The position numbers and the translations under genes are program-made. Below are positions 63,301 to 64,000 of a DNA stretch of 64,000 bases, one piece after another (position 1 is the stretch's first letter; each line of letters begins with the position of its first letter). The notes below the pieces were generated by a model. The model was given only the letters and a program-made list of their open reading frames with translations, was not told where the DNA came from and searched no databases. Source of the DNA: Planctomycetota bacterium. Lineage in GTDB: Bacteria > Planctomycetota > Phycisphaerae > SM23-33. The stretch is from assembly GCA_022705325.1 (NCBI GenBank), contig JAKJER010000003.1, positions 181,419 through 245,418 on the forward strand, in the 5' to 3' direction.

Positions 63301-64000
63301 AGTTCCTGATTCTCCAGAAGGCCAAGGCGGTCGAACTGGCCAAGGTGCTGTCTACGGTGTCGGCCAGTCGCAGCCGTAAGCCCGGCCAGCAACCGCTGAT
63401 CATCACCGCCGACGTTGCCAGCAACGCCTTGGTCATGTCGGGCTCCGCGACCGAGATGGACGCGGCGATCAAGATGGCGCAGGAGTTGGACGGCGCCGCC
63501 AGCGAGAGCCTCGCGCAGGTATTCCTGATCACGCTCAAGAGCGGACAGGCCAGCGACGTGGCTGCCACGGTTCAGCAGATTTATCAGCAGCAGACGGCGG
63601 CCGCCCGCACCGCGGGCCGCTCCATCGATCCCCTGGCGGTCTCGGCGGATGACTCCGCCAACGTGCTCATCCTCTCAACCACCAAGGCGATGCATGACCA
63701 GGTGAACCAGTGGGTGCAGAAGGTTGAGGAGATGAAACTCAACCAGGAAGCGCCCCAGTTGGTCACCCTCGAGAACGCCGACGTCCAGGAAGTGGAGAAG
63801 GCCATCCGACAGATCTTCGTCTCCGGGAAGGTCAGCCGAACGGGAAAGGCCATCGGGAAGATCGAATTGGCCGTGTTGCCCCAGCAGCGAGCCTTGTTGA
63901 TCAAGGCGGGCGAGGAGGACTTCAAGGCCATCAACGAGTTGATCAAGTCCCTGGACGCTGCGGCCGTTGCCGCCAAGCACCAGCAGACGCTGATTACACT
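51351..64000 (+). CDS. Giant secretin (GspD)-like protein with about 47 tandem secretin N-domain-like modules; 5' partial, continues beyond the window
   Basis: This ORF is not in the supplied track. ATG 51351 has GGAG 8 nt upstream, and the frame with codons starting at positions divisible by 3 has no stop through nt 64000 (>=4,216 codons). I translated it manually end to end. It has signal peptide MRTNWILAFAVISALAVALTAQ, an (APTT[QK]PAVAA)x11 linker and an N0-like domain (KIFLFQFSGCPYHEVIRKFAQACKKPLLGEVEIPGSLTFFDSEPYCYEEALDTLNILLNMRGFALIEFKRYLRVVQV). Repeated modules of the form xxTFPLKHAKAEELVNVLQTML...(loop)...IQADTASNSLLIRASATQRKIIDELIPKLD follow. All checked repeat anchors (54360, 55380, 56454, 57462, 58437, 61416, 62358, 63297) are in this frame. 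It is co-directional with, and directly downstream of, the T2SS genes. Confidence 0.85.
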   Translation, partial: MRTNWILAFAVISALAVALTAQTTKPSPQPATQPAAAPTTQPAVAAAPTTKPAVAAAPTTQPAVAAAPTTKPAVVAAPTTQPAVAAAPTTKPAVAAAPTTQPAVAAAPTTKPAVAAAPTTKPAVAAAPTTKPAVAAAPTTQPAVAAAPTVRPAGTYSKDSPKIFLFQFSGCPYHEVIRKFAQACKKPLLGEVEIPGSLTFFDSEPYCYEEALDTLNILLNMRGFALIEFKRYLRVVQVTELANNASILRGLDQVGDIRNEQVVTVLLPVENLDPEAASKAIVRMVSSYGSITPMPRGKGVLITDRLSSVRRIQDMIQMLDAERATASDIKTIQIKKASAKSVASVINQVLGGPSSSPERRSSSAPPASSGDSVSAYSDDRTNLLFLRGVGAKLQLAEQLVEKLDSEATSDVSDMRLIELKNARAEDVAKTISEVMPRDQIQVAGPPSSDSSRRHYPVTVAKGKVVAEPETNRLIVSAPLDVMVKIEELIKKLDVASDTSGGVKVLRLKTADAAQLAPIVSAAVAKQTLAAGGARRGMVTVTADSRTNSLVIVGPAGDIQAAEKLVAELDRPLDKEEERQIRIIQLPSGNAEKLASAISRVLDSSPSSHYGSSRYGSSSSRSQTSRPRIEADSGTNSLLISAAPSDWPQIESILKQIIPPPPPDQPAAATPLALTTPVLRHVPLKFAKAEDLATTLLSVFGTRRRSEAVSIIITPSARTNSLLISAAEPDQIAMGELIKTLDVDSSEKLDPVRIVELKVADAAKVADAIQAVLPPRPVGRRGETHQVTIHADTATNTLFIRAGEAEQKLIDEVIARMDKGAIDPTIVRETRIIALKFVPASQMAASVQQFFQSAGGSPSSPYGSSYYRRRSYSSASGEKAFDSLVVAAAPGDQALIVEGPKKKVDEVAAFVAKLDTQDTGQATIVRVYTLKEADAGEISRTLSATFSKKWQDQKRRDPKLADPEPSFEINAGANQLIIAATEKQLTEIDALIAQLEKAPAVTSQTKTFPLKHAKAEELVNVLQTMLTSGAPSPYSGYAYSRRSRSVEGELKIAAIAASNSLVIQGPPAKMAKAEQLIASFDTPQAGESSLISIVPLKAASASQLAVTLKNMLPPQSRERESELVIQADTASNSLLIRASATQRKIIDELIPKLDVELAEGTREMRVVPVMFVSASQIAQTVSQVFRGQNGTSSSSSSYRRSYYRSYDAPQAGPGSDEILITPAPNDRSIVIEAPKKKIEPIVQLIATLDVAEGTAKANQIRTYQLKNANAAEVSRVLSGMYTQRTSGYGEAPSARGGSGPTATPPKFDHDTATNQLVVSASDEQFVEIDALIKKLEEAPQLATQTKTFPLKHVRASEVLPVLTNLLSETPASTPEGYAGYSPYSSRRRYGASASSELRLAALPGANSIVAQGPPPKMLKVEQLIASFDTPQAGESSLITMVPLKNASAAKLAETLKSMLPAASRDKPSELVVQADTATNSLLIRADGTQRKMLDELILKLDVEVVQTAREMRVVPVQFVSAAQIAQTVSQVFLKQDASSSSYRRSSYYYRSYYRSYDEPEEPTRTGADADKIVVTASPNDRSVIVEAPKLKIEPVVQLITTLDVPEGTAKPQQIRTYQLKNANAAETARILSNMYAQRQNGSVSSYGEEGSPSRTAKSKIPAPKFDHDAGSNQLVISANDEQFVEIEALIKTLDETPQLATQTKTFPLKHARASEIVPLLTSLLSDTPSSPAVGSYSRYSSRSRYGASATAGEVHVATLPGTNSVIVQGPPAKLTQAEQLISTFDTPEAGGSSLVTVIPLKNASAVTLAETLRSMLPPPVRGRPEEIVIQADSLTNSLLVRAPEDQRKTIDDLIAKLDGGLADNAQTREMRIIPVKHLSAAQLAETVSVMYQQLREARRGLRARPVDPGEQVVITPSPNDRSIVVEAPKKKVEEIAKLVADLDTEENSFQILVRTYQLKTASASELARSLTNIFAAKVAGSASPGRRPGAVPNRAGPQPTFDVDAASNQLLVAATSEQLIEIEQLIQKMDNPEVQAVQTRIFPIQHAKADELVTLLQTMLNENPPSAAYGSSAYYSRRYRPTGSSSGDDIRISTLPGTNSIVVQGPPNKLTRAEQLIKSFDTPEAAVAATVTIIPIKNASAATLVETLRAMLPPVKGRAEEVFIQADILTNSVLIRAPETQRKMVTELVAKLDTQSELTREMRVIPLTFTSATQLASALQVMYQQHMATRGGPRAKPVDPAEQVIFTPAPHDQALVVEAPKKKMEEIAALIEKLDVQESPDRLTVRTYQLAENSDAVETARTLAKLFTETRVRPGAIAGNQQQPRFEADGVGNQLIIAATPKQFEEIEPLLKKLQDSAQLAVRSKTYQLKFAKAADIVQMLQSMLTGTTGRSRYSAYGDPAAASSEVRVAAVNGSNSVFVQGPPAKLAMADELIRTFDTEQAAARSVIQIIKLKNAQAASLAQAVNATLEARAARRPYGEQAGADDGKVTVTPEPNSNSLLVRGPLAEIPSVLEMIRDLDEGGTSAKSEVRIFPIKNSDAYELSTTLGRLVQDMIAQQTRARGDVPVPAFSIAADTRTNSLIVSTTSAYFAIVEQLLENLDKEQPIRDVQYIALTNAQAVDVAEKVNALFTDRKGSDKPVIEAEEYTNSLTVIAKAVDLLTIQEMVEKLDKGRRELQVRVVPIKQIKAERMAEIIQRVYGQTTSSRVIVTGQSPPTRMGIELPAPQPTPAPPPPAGKGPAASAKPWTGSVPRPATQPATRPTTRPESAPAAKDDGELEENPPITIAIDHKSNTLIISGPPQEIDNIQGLIDQMMTSPEEAEAEFRTYRIEHADPVVLAQTLEDMFNPKPKVVYLQARTGQPAQAPAEPPPPITVQADARTRSIVVRAKVIDFDMIEPLIKYLDQETSAHSELRVFPLENTEAGEVADNLKEMFNLAQKGTAAQPAPQPQAGRTAQRGRADRVRQVMDLQVAAGGSAKVDPYSAISISANRNTNSVVVSAPKEVMKLVESIIQELDQSALQSKTVVRMYPLKHAEVTPTVSALREIFSQAARTSPLRSSRTGSTPGASLRDAPIVVTGDEVGRQIIVSAPVTQHETVAKVIQDIDTAQGVGQILVQVYRIQNAEATSVAASLSTMFSSTASAAGTGRRVRTATGGGGPRISADASSNCIVVRAVQEDHAEITRLLEELDASPADKYPVRRIPIQNASPTVLATNLRAVFAGRSGTAGGRRGGAAGRDGLVIQPDEDARMLLVRADEETYKKIEEMVQALDAVSVSDKLQTVIIPLEHGQATSVAAALSQAFGASARGGRRSTSPEDEVRIAAETFTNSILITASEKNLLKIQAMVQKLEKDTAGGVKSEFLVLTNAKADDLATVLARLAGASGRGARGAAGTGGVTVAADAAANALVFSGPAAEVAKLSTMAKQLDQAAQGSAVQVFMIPLKNNIASEVAAAIQQLHAQQAVRRGGAASREPLSVTFDDSANVVVLSTTKRQYDEISQWVTKFEELKVTREAPKIIALVNSDPQEIERALRQMFAGGSAPGGRGSRTVRTTGKVEIASLPQQRALLVKAGAEDFKLISDLVKSLDESAPTAMPKQTMVALKHAPAASVASALTAAFGPGRRGRTALARPEDEVRVVAEAASNSVIITADEKNTTAVLSLIAKLDTDEASGKAQFLILKKAKAVELARVLSAATSRGARKPGQQPLVVTADAASNALVLSGPPNDIEAAIAMATKLDEAATAGISEVFLIPLKTGQASEVAATVQQIYQQQAAATRSAGRTIDPLAVSADDSANVIILATTKVMHDQVNQWIGKVEEMKVGQGEPRLVTLENADVAEVEKAVRALFITVRATAGRGARGAAGATGARIEVASLPQQRALLIKSGEEDFKAINDLIMALDAAAVTRLNKQTIIPLKHAQATSVAPALQSAFQQQIRGRGAAVKPEDEVRIIAEPISNTLIVAASDKNTVLVQGLVAKLDTDEASGKAQFLILQKAKAVELAKVLSTVSASRSRKPGQQPLIITADVASNALVMSGSATEMDAAIKMAQELDGAASESLAQVFLITLKSGQASDVAATVQQIYQQQTAAARTAGRSIDPLAVSADDSANVLILSTTKAMHDQVNQWVQKVEEMKLNQEAPQLVTLENADVQEVEKAIRQIFVSGKVSRTGKAIGKIELAVLPQQRALLIKAGEEDFKAINELIKSLDAAAVAAKHQQTLIT
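51459..51800 (+). repeat. In-frame 30-nt tandem repeat (11 copies plus a degenerate 12th) encoding APTT[Q/K]PAVAA
   Basis: Units start at 51459, 51489 and so on up to 51759. Two nucleotide variants largely alternate (gcaccgaccacccagcccgccgtcgctgcc and gcgccgaccaccaagccggccgttgccgct), giving a 60-nt higher-order period. The track ORFs 51344..51835(-) and 51511..51801(+) are shadows of this repeat. Confidence 0.95.
54360..58436 (+). repeat. Super-repeat family 1 inside the giant ORF: four copies of a 4-module (~1 kb) unit
   Basis: Anchors are TKTFPLKHAKAEE (54360), TKTFPLKHVRASE (55380), TKTFPLKHARASE (56454) and TRIFPIQHAKADE (57462). A diverged fifth copy starts at SKTYQLKFAKAAD (58437). Periods are 1020, 1074, 1008 and 975 nt. 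Each copy holds four distinct module types in fixed order. Confidence 0.85.
61416..64000 (+). repeat. Super-repeat family 2 inside the giant ORF: 4-module (~0.94 kb) unit, at least 2.7 copies, continuing past the window
   Basis: Anchors are SEFLVLTNAKADDLA (61416), AQFLILKKAKAVELA (62358) and AQFLILQKAKAVELA (63297). Periods are 942 and 939 nt. A 60-nt stretch aligned by eye (62341-62400 against 63281-63340) is identical at 54 of 60 positions. Confidence 0.85.

Noticed and set aside
52470-63980. Many long minus-strand ORFs in the track (for example 56565..60074, 1169 aa; 54429..56477, 682 aa; 61833..63392, 519 aa; 53103..54383, 426 aa; 61631..62629).
   Set aside because: They are antisense shadows of the giant + strand ORF in a high-GC region. 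Their translations are Gly/Arg/Asp/Leu/Val low-complexity strings with no motifs, they are fragmented by stops, and they have no RBS or signal features. The + frame is continuous and carries a coherent repeated domain signature.

Overview
This is a 64-kb high-GC bacterial chromosomal segment (sampled 60-nt lines are about 66-68% G+C). I count about 45 protein genes and see no rRNA, tRNA, CRISPR array, transposase or integrase. The gene content suggests Planctomycetota, possibly Phycisphaerae-like, but this is inference only. It rests on a DUF1559-type prepilin protein, large exported PQQ-propeller and HEAT/LamG proteins, a PPi-type phosphofructokinase and T2SS-type pseudopilins. Layout: (1) 0-11 kb holds uvrA, an orphan prepilin-like gene, a GH4 glycosidase and two large exported repeat proteins. 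(2) 11.2-22.2 kb is a co-directional minus-strand cluster, hypF-hypC-hypD-hypE, response regulator, histidine kinase, hyhB-hyhG-hyhS-hyhL. It encodes a group 3b (sulfhydrogenase-type, NAD(P)-coupled) [NiFe]-hydrogenase with its maturation genes. (3) 22-40 kb holds housekeeping genes (ymdB-like, bfr, pfp, accC, accB, pepP, purH), an esterase-SagB-GH3 trio and a secreted multi-EF-hand protein. (4) 40.5 kb to the window end is a plus-strand type II secretion / type IV pilus-like locus: gspE, gspF, gspG, three minor pseudopilins, gspK, a PilM-PilN fusion and a PilO/PilP-like fusion. Main finding: the last 12.65 kb (51351-64000, + strand) is a single open reading frame. It is absent from the supplied ORF track because it has no stop codon inside the window. 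It encodes a signal peptide, an 11x decapeptide linker and a secretin N0-like domain. These are followed by about 47 tandem secretin N-domain-like modules organised in two families of 4-module super-repeats. More than 4,216 aa are used before any secretin beta-barrel core is reached. I consider this giant poly-N-domain GspD-like protein, together with the fused assembly-platform genes upstream, the candidate undescribed system. Its C-terminus and true function cannot be determined from this window.
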